In this document: piece by piece, positions 27,577 through 37,122 of the stretch | Numbering within the stretch: position 1 is the stretch's first letter | Layout: each line of letters begins with the position of its first letter | NCBI GenBank assembly: GCA_023268965.1 | Contig: JALRJE010000016.1 | Coordinates: 34,279-98,278, forward strand | Direction: 5' to 3' | From: Crocinitomicaceae bacterium | GTDB taxonomy: Bacteria; Bacteroidota; Bacteroidia; Flavobacteriales_D; Crocinitomicaceae | DNA length: 64,000 nucleotides | The notes under the pieces: generated by a model | Seen by the model: the letters and a program-made list of their open reading frames with translations, nothing else | What the model was told of the DNA's origin: nothing | Databases searched by the model: none | Made by a program: the position numbers and the translations under genes

Positions 27577-29958
27577 TTATCTGATGACGTTCACATGACC
27601 AGATAGGTCCTTGTAAATCCCTTTTTCTATTTCGTAAATCAAGTACCAAGAATAGGTGCCGTCTTGGACCGGAACACCCTCGTAGGTGGCGTCCCAGACA
27701 AAATTGAGTGCGTCTGAGGAGAAGATTTCTTCGCCCCAGCGATTGAAAATGTAGAACCGAGCACTCAAAAGGCCAATAAAGCGTCCGTAGAAAAACTCAT
27801 TGAGGCCATCGCCATCTGGGGTGAATGAATTTGGCAAGTAAATGTAACGTTCCGGTGCAATTTCTATCCATTTAGAAATGCTGTCCACACAACCTTCTTG
27901 ATTGGTTGCAATGAGCGTGATTTCATAAGGGCCTGGCTGTGCATAGGTATGCGTCGGATTAACTAAAAAAGACTGATTGCCATCTCCGAAGGTCCAGGTA
28001 TAGGACCAAGCATTGACAGAGGCATTCTCCAATTGAACAGGTAATCCTTCCATTGGATTCTGACTCATAATATAAAAATTTGCCAGTGGCTTGACAACCT
28101 GAACCAAAGCAACGGCAGTAGAACTAAAAGTTTGACATTCGTCGCTAACCTGAACAAAATAGGACGTGGAATTTTGAGGTGCAACTGTAATTTGGGCTGT
28201 TGTTTCGGTAGTAGACCAATTGTAGTAGTAGTTGCCGTAACCTCCACTAGCCGTGACTAATAGATTTACGCTATCGCCCGGGCAAATTTGGAAAGGGCCG
28301 TTCATTTGCAAAACAAGCGGCGGACTTAAAATCGTATAACTAACACTATCTTGTATTGAATTTCCACAGTTATCAGTGGCTGTAATGAGGTATGTACTTG
28401 AGCTCCCTGGGTTCAGCAATAAAGAATCTGTAGTGCCACTCACCACATTGTTGGTGGTCCATAAATAAGTGTACTGACCTGATCCGCCGCTCACCTGAGC
28501 GCCGATTGTCATCGGAATAAACGGGCAAATTTCTGTGATATCAGGGCTCGTAATAATAGCTAAAGGGTTAAATTCAGGAACCGAAACAAAAAGGGTGTCG
28601 GAAGCCGGAACACCTGTGCATGCGTCAGTCACAGCTAGCCATATAGACTGAGAATTGGCGATGTTCAAAGTAATACTGCTTGTGGTTTGCCCTGTGCTCC
28701 ACTCATAAGTATAGGGTTGTAGGCCGCCGCTAATTTGCGCATCTATGGTAACAGGGTCTCCAGGACAGAGAATTGGTGAACTAGTTAATGTCAGTTCCAT
28801 AGGTTGGTTATCCTGTATCCAAAGATCGAGAACAAGTGGTGTGATGTTGCCACAAGGATCAGCTATTGGAAAAGTGAGGGTTAGGGTTTCTAAACCCTCC
28901 ACCAAGGCATCAGTAAGGGTTTGTATTGCAAAACTAAATGTGGATTGCCCAGGAGTAAAGGTGACACTCGTTGGAACGCCTGTGTAATCCAATAACGGAG
29001 TAGCCGTACCGCTCAATTGAACTGGGATTGTTAGGGTTTGATTCAAGTTGGTTTGACGCTCTAAGGTCACTGTGGCGCTCACACAGCCCTCTGCCATCCA
29101 ATCAGGGTTGGAGAATACTTGCTGGGATAAGGTATGACTAATCTCAATTGGCGTAAGGGTAGAAAGGCTATTGGCCTCGAGAAAAATCCCGGAATCCCAT
29201 TGGCCATCACCTACATCGGCAATGGCAATAATAAGATGATAGGTTTGGCCACATTGCACCGCTGATACCGCTTCTAATACTTTAGTGAAGCCATCATATT
29301 GTATGTACTGTGGGCTCTGGTTATAAGGTGCCATGTTACCGTCGCCATTATTGATAAAATAAAATGGATTGGTAATGTTATTGACATTATTAATAGAAAC
29401 AACCGCGCCATTCGGCAACTTGGCAATATTCTGAAAACCACTAATACCAGGGCCTGATATAAAAAACCCAAAAACATCGTTGTAGGTCGTGTTATTGGGG
29501 GGAGCAAATTCGGGGTATTCATCGGATCCAAAAACATACTTGAAACGAACGGTATCGGCATAAGGAATAAAGTCAAATTCCAGAATGGCTGCATTGTAGG
29601 TTTGGTTACCTTGGATGGCTTGGGAAAGTAAATTAAAGCCGCCCATGTTATTATCTACACCAGCACCGGGTGTGTCGTTAGGGCCATGCGGGCCATTGCC
29701 GTTGGGCAAAGTAGTACCTGTTGTCATGACAATACCACTGTTAATGCCGAGCGTAGTATTGGCTGCAGTAAACTGAGCAATGGCGACAGGGCTGCCATTG
29801 TAGGTTACATTTGAAACAGTTACACCATTTCCTAAAAGAACATTTTGAACCAAGCCTTGCGGATTCAAGGCGTTATTGGTAAGCAATTGTGCACGAAAAA
29901 CAGAGGGTAAGCTCAACCCCAGAAAAAAAAGAAATATGCTTATTCGTTGCAACATCAA
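27577..29958 (-). CDS. Choice-of-anchor L domain / Ig-like repeat / PKD / T9SS type B sorting domain cargo protein
   Basis: Signal ending FRA|QL. The N-terminal segment LVQNVLLGNGVTVSNVTYNGSPVAIAQF...GIVMTTGT is typical of choice-of-anchor L. Three ~80-aa repeats contain CPGD...SGG..(Y)TY.W(S/T)T. There is one PKD-like YTWTFGDGN, and the C-terminus is NSFTPDGDGLNEFF...IFNRWGEEIF...DGTYSWYL. Confidence 0.85.
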   Translation of the reverse strand: MMLQRISIFLFFLGLSLPSVFRAQLLTNNALNPQGLVQNVLLGNGVTVSNVTYNGSPVAIAQFTAANTTLGINSGIVMTTGTTLPNGNGPHGPNDTPGAGVDNNMGGFNLLSQAIQGNQTYNAAILEFDFIPYADTVRFKYVFGSDEYPEFAPPNNTTYNDVFGFFISGPGISGFQNIAKLPNGAVVSINNVNNITNPFYFINNGDGNMAPYNQSPQYIQYDGFTKVLEAVSAVQCGQTYHLIIAIADVGDGQWDSGIFLEANSLSTLTPIEISHTLSQQVFSNPDWMAEGCVSATVTLERQTNLNQTLTIPVQLSGTATPLLDYTGVPTSVTFTPGQSTFSFAIQTLTDALVEGLETLTLTFPIADPCGNITPLVLDLWIQDNQPMELTLTSSPILCPGDPVTIDAQISGGLQPYTYEWSTGQTTSSITLNIANSQSIWLAVTDACTGVPASDTLFVSVPEFNPLAIITSPDITEICPFIPMTIGAQVSGGSGQYTYLWTTNNVVSGTTDSLLLNPGSSSTYLITATDNCGNSIQDSVSYTILSPPLVLQMNGPFQICPGDSVNLLVTASGGYGNYYYNWSTTETTAQITVAPQNSTSYFVQVSDECQTFSSTAVALVQVVKPLANFYIMSQNPMEGLPVQLENASVNAWSYTWTFGDGNQSFLVNPTHTYAQPGPYEITLIATNQEGCVDSISKWIEIAPERYIYLPNSFTPDGDGLNEFFYGRFIGLLSARFYIFNRWGEEIFSSDALNFVWDATYEGVPVQDGTYSWYLIYEIEKGIYKDLSGHVNVIR

Positions 29959-30010
29959 TTATTAAACGTAAATCCAAGTATTTCGTTGTTCTTTTGAGCA
30001 CTTTTTTTCA

Positions 30011-30037
30011 AAAAAAAAGGATGCCAAAGCATCCTTT
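30011..30037 (-). terminator. Rho-independent terminator of the yceI-yceI-membrane protein operon
   Basis: On the minus strand: GGATGC-tttg-GCATCC followed by T8, beginning about 25 nt after the stop at 30060. Confidence 0.6.
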
Positions 30038-30059
30038 CAATATTTATGCCAAAAAAGGC

Positions 30060-30452
30060 TTATTTCTCTTCAAATAATGGTTTGAATACATACCACGCTA
30101 AAAACGGGAAAAAGTGCATCGGCATTGCGTAGCCATAAAAAATGAATTGATGTAATTCATTAGAGCCATCATTAAAGGTAAAACCAAGTACACCAATTAA
30201 ACTCGCTGTAGAAAGTGCTGCAAATAATAATGCGAAAATAAACTCCCCAAACATAGGTATTAACTTAGTAAGTAGCCAATGACCAATTGTTGCCATGATG
30301 GTGCCCACCAAACAAGCAATAAAAATAGCGGAAGTTGGCACTACATTGGAGTAGTCTTCCATGAGTTGTTTCTCGATAGTTTCACCGTAGGCGTAGGATA
30401 CGCCACCTGCTAAAATACCCGAAGAAAGGGCCCAAATTGTTTTTTTCAACAT
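30060..30452 (-). CDS. Small integral membrane protein (4 predicted TM segments)
   Basis: Four hydrophobic stretches in 130 aa. Lies 4 nt downstream of the second yceI gene. Confidence 0.5.
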   Translation of the reverse strand: MLKKTIWALSSGILAGGVSYAYGETIEKQLMEDYSNVVPTSAIFIACLVGTIMATIGHWLLTKLIPMFGEFIFALLFAALSTASLIGVLGFTFNDGSNELHQFIFYGYAMPMHFFPFLAWYVFKPLFEEK

Positions 30453-30456
30453 AATT

Positions 30457-30978
30457 CTATTTTTTTATAACTGGAATGTTGGCTGTTATTTTCAATGTTT
30501 CAGCAACTCCACTATTTTTCTTCCCTATCTGGTAATCAGAACGGTCTACGCTAAATTTAGCAATAAACGTACCATTATTGCCTTTTTTAGTGAAGGTAAA
30601 TGGAATGCTGACCACTTTACTCACGCCGTGCATTTGCAGTTTTCCGATTGCTTTATAACCCTCAGTCGTTTTCTCTATTTTGGTAGAATTGAATTCAATA
30701 TAGGGGTATTTATCTGCATTGAACCATTCCTCACCTCGGGCATGCTTGTTTTGCAAGCCATTACCAGTATTGATCGAGGCCACCTCAATTTTAAATGAAA
30801 GCTTTGAATTGGCAAGCTTGACTGGGTCAAAGAAAAGAGAAGTAGAACTTAGTTCATCGAACGTTCCGCTGACATCTGCATTTGTAAACGAAATGCTGTA
30901 ACCCTTTGCAAGTTTGTATTGCTGTCCAATAACAGCAGTTGCCCAAAAACCAAAGAGTAAGAATACGAGGCTTTTCAT
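30457..30978 (-). CDS. YceI family protein
   Basis: Signal ending VIG|QQ. YceI-like pattern ...SISFTNADVSGTF...NSKLSFKIEVASINTGN...D...F..DKYPYIEF.S..I.... Confidence 0.85.
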   Translation of the reverse strand: MKSLVFLLFGFWATAVIGQQYKLAKGYSISFTNADVSGTFDELSSTSLFFDPVKLANSKLSFKIEVASINTGNGLQNKHARGEEWFNADKYPYIEFNSTKIEKTTEGYKAIGKLQMHGVSKVVSIPFTFTKKGNNGTFIAKFSVDRSDYQIGKKNSGVAETLKITANIPVIKK

Positions 30979-30986
30979 TAGCGCAA

Positions 30987-31559
30987 TTAATTCTGAACGA
31001 CTTCTAAATCAGCAATGAGTTTAATCTCATCGGCTAAACCTGGGCTAACTTCACCCATGCCAAATTCAGAGCGCTTCACTGCACCAGTGATTTGTAAACC
31101 AGCTACTGCTGCTCCTTTGTAATTTTTACTATTGCCTGTGTGTACACCATTAAATACTACTTTTTTAGTGACGCCATGCATGGTAAGATCACCCGCTACG
31201 GTGTAAGTTCCTTTTGTAGCCGTTTCTTTCACTGCAGAACTTTTGAACGTAATGGCTGGATATTTTTCAACGTCAAAACAATCAGCTGTGCGCAAATGGT
31301 TATCGCGGGCTTCGATACCTGTATTCACTGAAGCCGCTTCGGCGTTCAACACAATTGTGGCGTCATTGAAATCAGCGTTTGGAGTAGTTACCTCCATAGT
31401 GAATTTGCCAAAGTTGCCATGTACATTCGTAATACCATTATGAAGAATAGTAAAACCTAAACGAGAGTGTGCGCCATCTACTGACCAAACACCTGCTTGT
31501 GATGCCACAAAAGAAAATAAGGCGAAAGCGCCTACTAAACCGATTACAATGTTTTTCAT
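30987..31559 (-). CDS. YceI family protein
   Basis: W.VD..HSRLGF.I.H.G...V.G.F, IEARDNHLR...FDVEKYPAITFKS and LTMHGVTK. I prefer the ATG at 31559 (MKNIVIGLVGAF...), not 31592. Confidence 0.9.
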   Translation of the reverse strand: MKNIVIGLVGAFALFSFVASQAGVWSVDGAHSRLGFTILHNGITNVHGNFGKFTMEVTTPNADFNDATIVLNAEAASVNTGIEARDNHLRTADCFDVEKYPAITFKSSAVKETATKGTYTVAGDLTMHGVTKKVVFNGVHTGNSKNYKGAAVAGLQITGAVKRSEFGMGEVSPGLADEIKLIADLEVVQN

Positions 31560-31632
31560 TTTTTTTAATTTTAAGATTATTGAATATAACAATTAATAGA
31601 CCACAAAGTTGCAACATTGCAACTAAATATAT

Positions 31633-31648
31633 CTTGACGTAGGTCAAG
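31633..31648 (-). terminator. Weak hairpin downstream of mfd
   Basis: CTTGAC-n4-GTCAAG (6-bp stem) followed on the minus strand by ATATATTT. Marginal. Confidence 0.25.
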
Positions 31649-31677
31649 TTAACCTATTTATTGCCACTAGGAGCTAA

Positions 31678-34600
31678 TTAATCTTCTTGAAGTGCCTGTA
31701 ATTTCCCAAAAGCATCTTTGATGTGGCGGATGGGCTCAATGACCAATCTGAGCTTGTCATCTTTTTGAACAAGTCTGTAACCTGTTGATTGAGAAAGAAT
31801 TTTTTGAAGAACCGCCTGAAATTGATCCGTTTCATAGAAAGGTGACTGCGGATTGGCGATAAAATGACCCACTAATTTCTCAGCTTTGAGTACCAAACGC
31901 TCTAAGCCCATTGATTCTGCCAACCAACGCAACTCAAATGAAAATAAAAGCTCTTTTACTTCTTTTGGGAGCGGGCCAAAACGATCTTGAAGCTGTGCGC
32001 TAAATGCAGCAAGTTCGTCTTTGTTTTTGAGATTGTCCAAAGCTTGATACAAACTCAAACGCTCGGCGACTTGATTGACGTAGGTGTCAGGAATGCGCAC
32101 TTCCATGTCGGTTTCAAAGATGCAGTCTTGGACAAAGCCATTGAATTGATCGGTTACCCGCTCATCGAATAGTTCTTTATATTCACTTTCGCGGAGCTCT
32201 TGCATGGCTTCATTGAGTATTTTTTGATACATCTCAAAACCAATTTCGGCAATAAAACCACTTTGCTCTCCGCCCAACATATTGCCTGCGCCTCGGATGT
32301 CGAGGTCTTTCATGGCAATATTAAAACCTGAACCAAGATCGGAGAACTGCACCAATGCCTCTAGACGCTTGCGCGCTTCGGAGGTCATGATGCTAAACTT
32401 AGGTGCAATGAGGTAACAAAATCCTTTTTTATTGCTTCGGCCTACTCTTCCGCGCAACTGATGAAGGTCGCTCAGACCAAATTGATGCGCGTCGTTAATG
32501 ATGATCGTATTGGCATTCGAGATATCTATGCCCGATTCAATGATGGTGGTTGCTAGCAATACGTCGTAGGCGCCCTCGATGAAGTCGAGCATTATTTTCT
32601 CGAGTTGCTTGCCATCCATTTGGCCGTGGCCAATGCCTACGCGCACCCCCGGACACAAACGCTGAATCATGCCTGAGAGTTCTTTGATATTCGAAAGGCG
32701 GTTGTTCACAAAGAATACCTGGCCACCGCGCCCCACTTCATAAGCAATCGCATCGCGGATCAGCTCTTCATTAAATGATATGATTTCTGTCAGGACCGGC
32801 TGCCTATTTGGAGGCGGTGTATTGATGATGCTGAGGTCTCGGGCGCCCATCAAAGAAAATTGCAAGGTGCGCGGAATAGGCGTTGCGGTAAGCGTAAGTG
32901 TATCTACTGAAGTGCGTAGTGTTTTGAGTTTGTCTTTGACGCCAACGCCAAACTTTTGCTCTTCATCGATGATCATGAGCCCTAAGTCTTTGAACTTGAC
33001 GCGCTCGGCAACCAAGGCATGCGTCCCAATTAAGATGTCAATCTGACCTGCCGCAAGCTTTTTAAGCGTTTCAGTAATTTCTTTGGCCGATTTAAAACGA
33101 TTGATGTAATCGACCGTAACCGGAAAACTCGAAAGCCTTTTTTGAAAACTCCGGAAATGCTGCAAAGAAAGAATGGTAGTCGGGACCAAAACTGCTACTT
33201 GCTTGGAATCAGTTACCGCCTTGAAGGCAGCTCGAATGGCCACCTCTGTTTTGCCAAAACCGACATCGCCACAAACCAAGCGGTCCATAGGCCGCGGAGC
33301 TTCCATATCACTTTTGATGTCTTGTGTAGCTTTGAACTGGTCAGGCGTGTCTTCGAACATGAACGACGCTTCGAGTTCATTCTGTAAATAACTATCGGGT
33401 GTAAAAGAAAATCCTGGTTTACTGCGCCTTTGGGCATAGAGCTGAATGAGGTCAAAGGCTAGTTCTTTGATTTTCTTTTTGGTCTTGTTTTTTAAATTCG
33501 TCCAGGCTTGGGTACCCAGTTTGTTGAGTGTAGGTGCGCTGCCCTCTTTGCCCGTAAACTTAGAAATCCGGTGCAGAGAGTGAATACCGACATAAAGAAC
33601 GTCTCCATCTTTGTAGAGCAAGCGAATGGCCTCTTGCGGTTTGCCATTTACGTCAATTGTTTCCAAACCAGAAAACTGACCAACACCGTGGTCTATGTGC
33701 GTGACGTAATCTCCTTTTTGGAGTTGGTAGATTTCTTTAAGTGTAAGTGCTTGCTTGGCTTGCTTAAACCCTTCTTTTAAACGAAACCGGTGATAGCGCT
33801 CAAAAAGCTGGTGATCTGTGTAGCAAACCAATTTCAATGATGGAAAAATAAATCCTTCGTGTAAAGCCAACGGAAGAGCACTGAACTCACCCTCCCTGCC
33901 GATATCGCTAAAAATTTGGTACAAGCGCTCTACCTGACGCGGTTGATTAGAAAAAATCAAATTTTGATATCCGTCGGCTTTGCGCGCCAATAAATCGGTA
34001 TGAAGGCGCTCAAAGTCTTTATTGAAACTTGGTTGAGGAAGGCAGTCAAAGGTTTCTGCATGCGTGGCCTTGAAATGAAAAACAGGCCCATACTCAATAA
34101 CGCGGTGAGCTGCCAGCTGCTCTTCAAAGGAAAGATGCGACACAAATTTATCTTGAGGCAAGGCATATTGTATTGGGCCGTGGTGCTGACTATGAATGGC
34201 TACTGCGCGTTCGTATTCGCGCTTTAATACCTCGAAAGTTCGATCGACATCTGCAAGCCAACAAATGGTCTGGTTGCCAACAAAACCCAATAAAGTTTCC
34301 TGGATTTCTAAACTTTGTCCGGATTGGATGTTCGGAACGACATTCAAAAATTGATGATTTGCAATGGAAAGCTGACTTGCCGCGTCAAAAGTCCGGATAC
34401 TTTCCACTTCATCGCCAAAAAACTCGATGCGAAAGGGGTGTTCGTTGGCAAAAGAAAATACGTCTAAAATTCCACCTCTAATAGAAAATTGACCGGGTTC
34501 ATAGACAAAGTCTACGCGGTCAAATTGATATTCTAAAAGCAACTCATTCAAAAAATCTGTGCTGTAGGTTTTGGAAACCTCCAAACGCATGGTATGCTTG

Positions 34601-35016
34601 ACTAAATTTTTCTTCGTCGGTATTTTCTCAAAAAGCGCCTCGGGGTAAGTAATAACCCATGTATTTTTTTTATCGCTGAGTTTTTCCAAGACCTCAGCCC
34701 TTGCAACCACGTTGGCATTGTCGGTTTGCTCTTGTTGGTAGGGTACTCGATACGAAGCAGGATAAAATAAAATGCGTTTATCGTCGGGGAAAAGCCCCTC
34801 GAAATCATTCAAGAAATAGGCGGCTTCTTCTTTGTCAGAAAGAATGAATAAATGCGTACCCGGAACCTGCTGTGCTACCATCAAAGACAATAGCGATTTG
34901 GCAGAACCTACCATTCCCTTCCAATGCAATCTGGCGTTCGTTGCTTGCAAGGCGGCCGCGCTCCGATCTAGGGCCGGATGTTTGGCAATGGTTTTGATAA
35001 AGGTATTGAGTTCCAT
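31678..35016 (-). CDS. mfd: Transcription-repair coupling factor
   Basis: CarD-like GDYVTHIDHGVGQF, helicase motifs LVCGDVGFGKTEVA, IIDEEQKFGV and LTLTATPIPRTL, plus QLRGRVGRS. The start is likely MELNTFIK at 35016 (the track extension to 35145 adds a non-conserved leader). Confidence 0.95.
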   Translation of the reverse strand: MELNTFIKTIAKHPALDRSAAALQATNARLHWKGMVGSAKSLLSLMVAQQVPGTHLFILSDKEEAAYFLNDFEGLFPDDKRILFYPASYRVPYQQEQTDNANVVARAEVLEKLSDKKNTWVITYPEALFEKIPTKKNLVKHTMRLEVSKTYSTDFLNELLLEYQFDRVDFVYEPGQFSIRGGILDVFSFANEHPFRIEFFGDEVESIRTFDAASQLSIANHQFLNVVPNIQSGQSLEIQETLLGFVGNQTICWLADVDRTFEVLKREYERAVAIHSQHHGPIQYALPQDKFVSHLSFEEQLAAHRVIEYGPVFHFKATHAETFDCLPQPSFNKDFERLHTDLLARKADGYQNLIFSNQPRQVERLYQIFSDIGREGEFSALPLALHEGFIFPSLKLVCYTDHQLFERYHRFRLKEGFKQAKQALTLKEIYQLQKGDYVTHIDHGVGQFSGLETIDVNGKPQEAIRLLYKDGDVLYVGIHSLHRISKFTGKEGSAPTLNKLGTQAWTNLKNKTKKKIKELAFDLIQLYAQRRSKPGFSFTPDSYLQNELEASFMFEDTPDQFKATQDIKSDMEAPRPMDRLVCGDVGFGKTEVAIRAAFKAVTDSKQVAVLVPTTILSLQHFRSFQKRLSSFPVTVDYINRFKSAKEITETLKKLAAGQIDILIGTHALVAERVKFKDLGLMIIDEEQKFGVGVKDKLKTLRTSVDTLTLTATPIPRTLQFSLMGARDLSIINTPPPNRQPVLTEIISFNEELIRDAIAYEVGRGGQVFFVNNRLSNIKELSGMIQRLCPGVRVGIGHGQMDGKQLEKIMLDFIEGAYDVLLATTIIESGIDISNANTIIINDAHQFGLSDLHQLRGRVGRSNKKGFCYLIAPKFSIMTSEARKRLEALVQFSDLGSGFNIAMKDLDIRGAGNMLGGEQSGFIAEIGFEMYQKILNEAMQELRESEYKELFDERVTDQFNGFVQDCIFETDMEVRIPDTYVNQVAERLSLYQALDNLKNKDELAAFSAQLQDRFGPLPKEVKELLFSFELRWLAESMGLERLVLKAEKLVGHFIANPQSPFYETDQFQAVLQKILSQSTGYRLVQKDDKLRLVIEPIRHIKDAFGKLQALQED

Positions 35017-35180
35017 ATCGGGCTGCAAAATTACGCAAAGTATCCGCGGAGCGAAATATTTTGTGACCTTTTCGGGCAAGAACGTTACAAATAACAATTC
35101 AGTGTGAATATCTCCAAGTATAATCGACATCTTGCCTAATGTCAATGACTAATTTTAGCGTACCAAAATAGAAACCAAAT

Positions 35181-35921
35181 ATGAAGTTTTCAGTCAAATA
35201 TCCATTAGCAGCAGCATTTTTATTGAGCGCAGGTGCATTCAGTGCGCAGGTAGCCGAAGTAGCCACAGAAGAATCGTATAAAACGGTCGAAGAAATTTCA
35301 GCAATTGACTTTCTGATGAAAGGCGGGGTCTTTCTTATCCCTATTGTATTACTTCTTTTCTATACTACTTACGTGGCTGTTGAGCGCTTTTTGTATATCC
35401 GCCGCATGACCAAACAAAATGCCATGCTCATTTCTGAGGTACACAGTAAATTGAACAACACGGACGTCAAAGGGGCTATTGATGCTACGCAACGCGAGCA
35501 AACTGCATTTGGAACTGTATTAAAAGAAGGTATCGAATCAATAGGTCAACCTGTCCCGCAAATCGAGGCCAATATGGAAAAAGTTGCCAATATAGAAATT
35601 GGCAAAATGGAGAAAAACATCAATCACTTGGGGCTCATTGCCGGTATAGCACCGACACTCGGTTTCATCGGTACCATCTCTGGGGTAATTAAAATTTTCT
35701 ACAGCATCTCGATTTCGGAAAACGTCTCCATCGGCAACATTTCTGGTGGACTTTATGAAAAGATGATTTCGTCTGGTTCTGGTTTGGTTGTGGGTATCAT
35801 CGCCTTTACAGCATATCACTTACTAAATGCGCTTATTGATAATTATGCCCTTGAAATTCAAAAAATCAACTTGGATTTTTTAAAACTAATCAACTCAAAA
35901 GATGGCAATAAAGCGAAATAA
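35181..35921 (+). CDS. exbB: MotA/TolQ/ExbB proton channel family protein
   Basis: GLIAGIAPTLGFIGTISGVIKIF and GLYEKMISSGSGLVVGI. Three TM segments plus an N-terminal signal. Confidence 0.88.
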   Translation: MKFSVKYPLAAAFLLSAGAFSAQVAEVATEESYKTVEEISAIDFLMKGGVFLIPIVLLLFYTTYVAVERFLYIRRMTKQNAMLISEVHSKLNNTDVKGAIDATQREQTAFGTVLKEGIESIGQPVPQIEANMEKVANIEIGKMEKNINHLGLIAGIAPTLGFIGTISGVIKIFYSISISENVSIGNISGGLYEKMISSGSGLVVGIIAFTAYHLLNALIDNYALEIQKINLDFLKLINSKDGNKAK

Positions 35922-36309
35922 AAGGTTTCATGCCGAGGTAGCCACTTCTGCCTTGAGCGACATCATGTTTTTCTTGTTGTTGTTCTTTTTGATCATTTCA
36001 ACTTTGGCCAATCCGAACGTGATTAAAGTTCCGTTACCAAAGTCTGATGCCAATGAAAAGACCCAACAACAACACGTTACACTTACTGTTAAATTTGACG
36101 AGAATCAGCAACGACATTTCTTTGTCAACAACGACGAAATTGCACTTGACCAGTTAGAGGGCGTGCTGATTGGTGAGACCAAAAAACTCGGCGACAATAC
36201 CGTAATTTTACGCTTGCCATACGATGCTCAAGTTCAAGAACTTGTCGACCTACTCAAAATTGGGATGCTCAATGACCTTAAAATGATCATTGCTACAAAA
36301 GAGGGTTAA
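35902..36309 (+). CDS. exbD: ExbD/TolR biopolymer transport protein
   Basis: N-terminus EVATSALSDIMFFLLLFFLI followed by a periplasmic domain. Overlaps exbB by 20 nt. Confidence 0.85.
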   Translation: MAIKRNKRFHAEVATSALSDIMFFLLLFFLIISTLANPNVIKVPLPKSDANEKTQQQHVTLTVKFDENQQRHFFVNNDEIALDQLEGVLIGETKKLGDNTVILRLPYDAQVQELVDLLKIGMLNDLKMIIATKEG

Positions 36310-36342
36310 TAAGTTGTTCTGTTCACTTACAAATTTCAGGTT

Positions 36343-37110
36343 ATGGAAAAGCTACAAATCGAATTAAACAGCGCACGTGAAGACGCCAAAAAATCGTTGG
36401 TCTATACTTCTGTATGGATTTTTAGTTTATTCCTTTTGGCTGTCCTCATTAAATTCGATGCCCGTCCAGATCAACTCGTAGATACCCCCCCGCTTCGTTC
36501 AGATGAAGTCATTGAAGAATTTCAGATAGACAATGTTGAATTAGAAGATGCCGCAGGAGGCTCTCGAGGCGGCGGCACCCCGGGTTCTGGGCAAATAGCG
36601 CCACCTGCCGATCAGACGGAAAGCGTTGCTACGTCCAACCAAAGCGACTTCTCACACAACAGCGGTAATTCGGCCAATCAAAATTCAGCCAACGGAACAA
36701 ATAGAACGTCTACTACCACTCAAAGTACCAATTTCTTTGGAAGTGGCGGTAGCGGAAATGGCAATGGCTCGGGCAATGGTCCATTCGGCGGCCCCGGCAA
36801 CGGAAATGGCGAAGGCGATGGCACAGGAAATGGCAGAGGCTCTGGAAAGGGAAGAATCCGTCAAAATAATGTCAATTTGCCAAGCTATGAAAACGACTTT
36901 GACTGCCGCATTGGTTTTAAAGTGCAGGTCAATGCCGAAGGACAAGTTGTTGGCGTAAGAACAATTAAATCTGTTACCACCTGTATAGATGACCGCACTA
37001 TTAATGATATTAAAGAGCGCATTAAAAGAGAGGTAAAATACAATAAAGAGCCCGGAGCAGGTGTTGTTGAAATGGATTATACGATTAATCTGAAAGCTTC
37101 AAGGTCTTAG
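36343..37110 (+). CDS. TonB-like energy transducer with Gly/Asn/Ser-rich linker
   Basis: Position after exbBD. One N-terminal TM (VYTSVWIFSLFLLAVLIKF), then a ~90-aa low-complexity linker (GSGGSGNGNGSGNGPFGGPGNGNGEGDGTGNGRGSGKG) and an ~80-aa C-terminal domain ending ...VVEMDYTINLKA. Confidence 0.6.
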   Translation: MEKLQIELNSAREDAKKSLVYTSVWIFSLFLLAVLIKFDARPDQLVDTPPLRSDEVIEEFQIDNVELEDAAGGSRGGGTPGSGQIAPPADQTESVATSNQSDFSHNSGNSANQNSANGTNRTSTTTQSTNFFGSGGSGNGNGSGNGPFGGPGNGNGEGDGTGNGRGSGKGRIRQNNVNLPSYENDFDCRIGFKVQVNAEGQVVGVRTIKSVTTCIDDRTINDIKERIKREVKYNKEPGAGVVEMDYTINLKASRS

Positions 37111-37122
37111 TAAATGAGTAGC

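Noticed and set aside
36626-36958. Alternative-frame ORFs (110 aa on +, 86 aa on -) inside the TonB-like gene
   Set aside because: They are confined to the GGC/AAT/GGA low-complexity linker, where every frame is open. This is a composition artefact.
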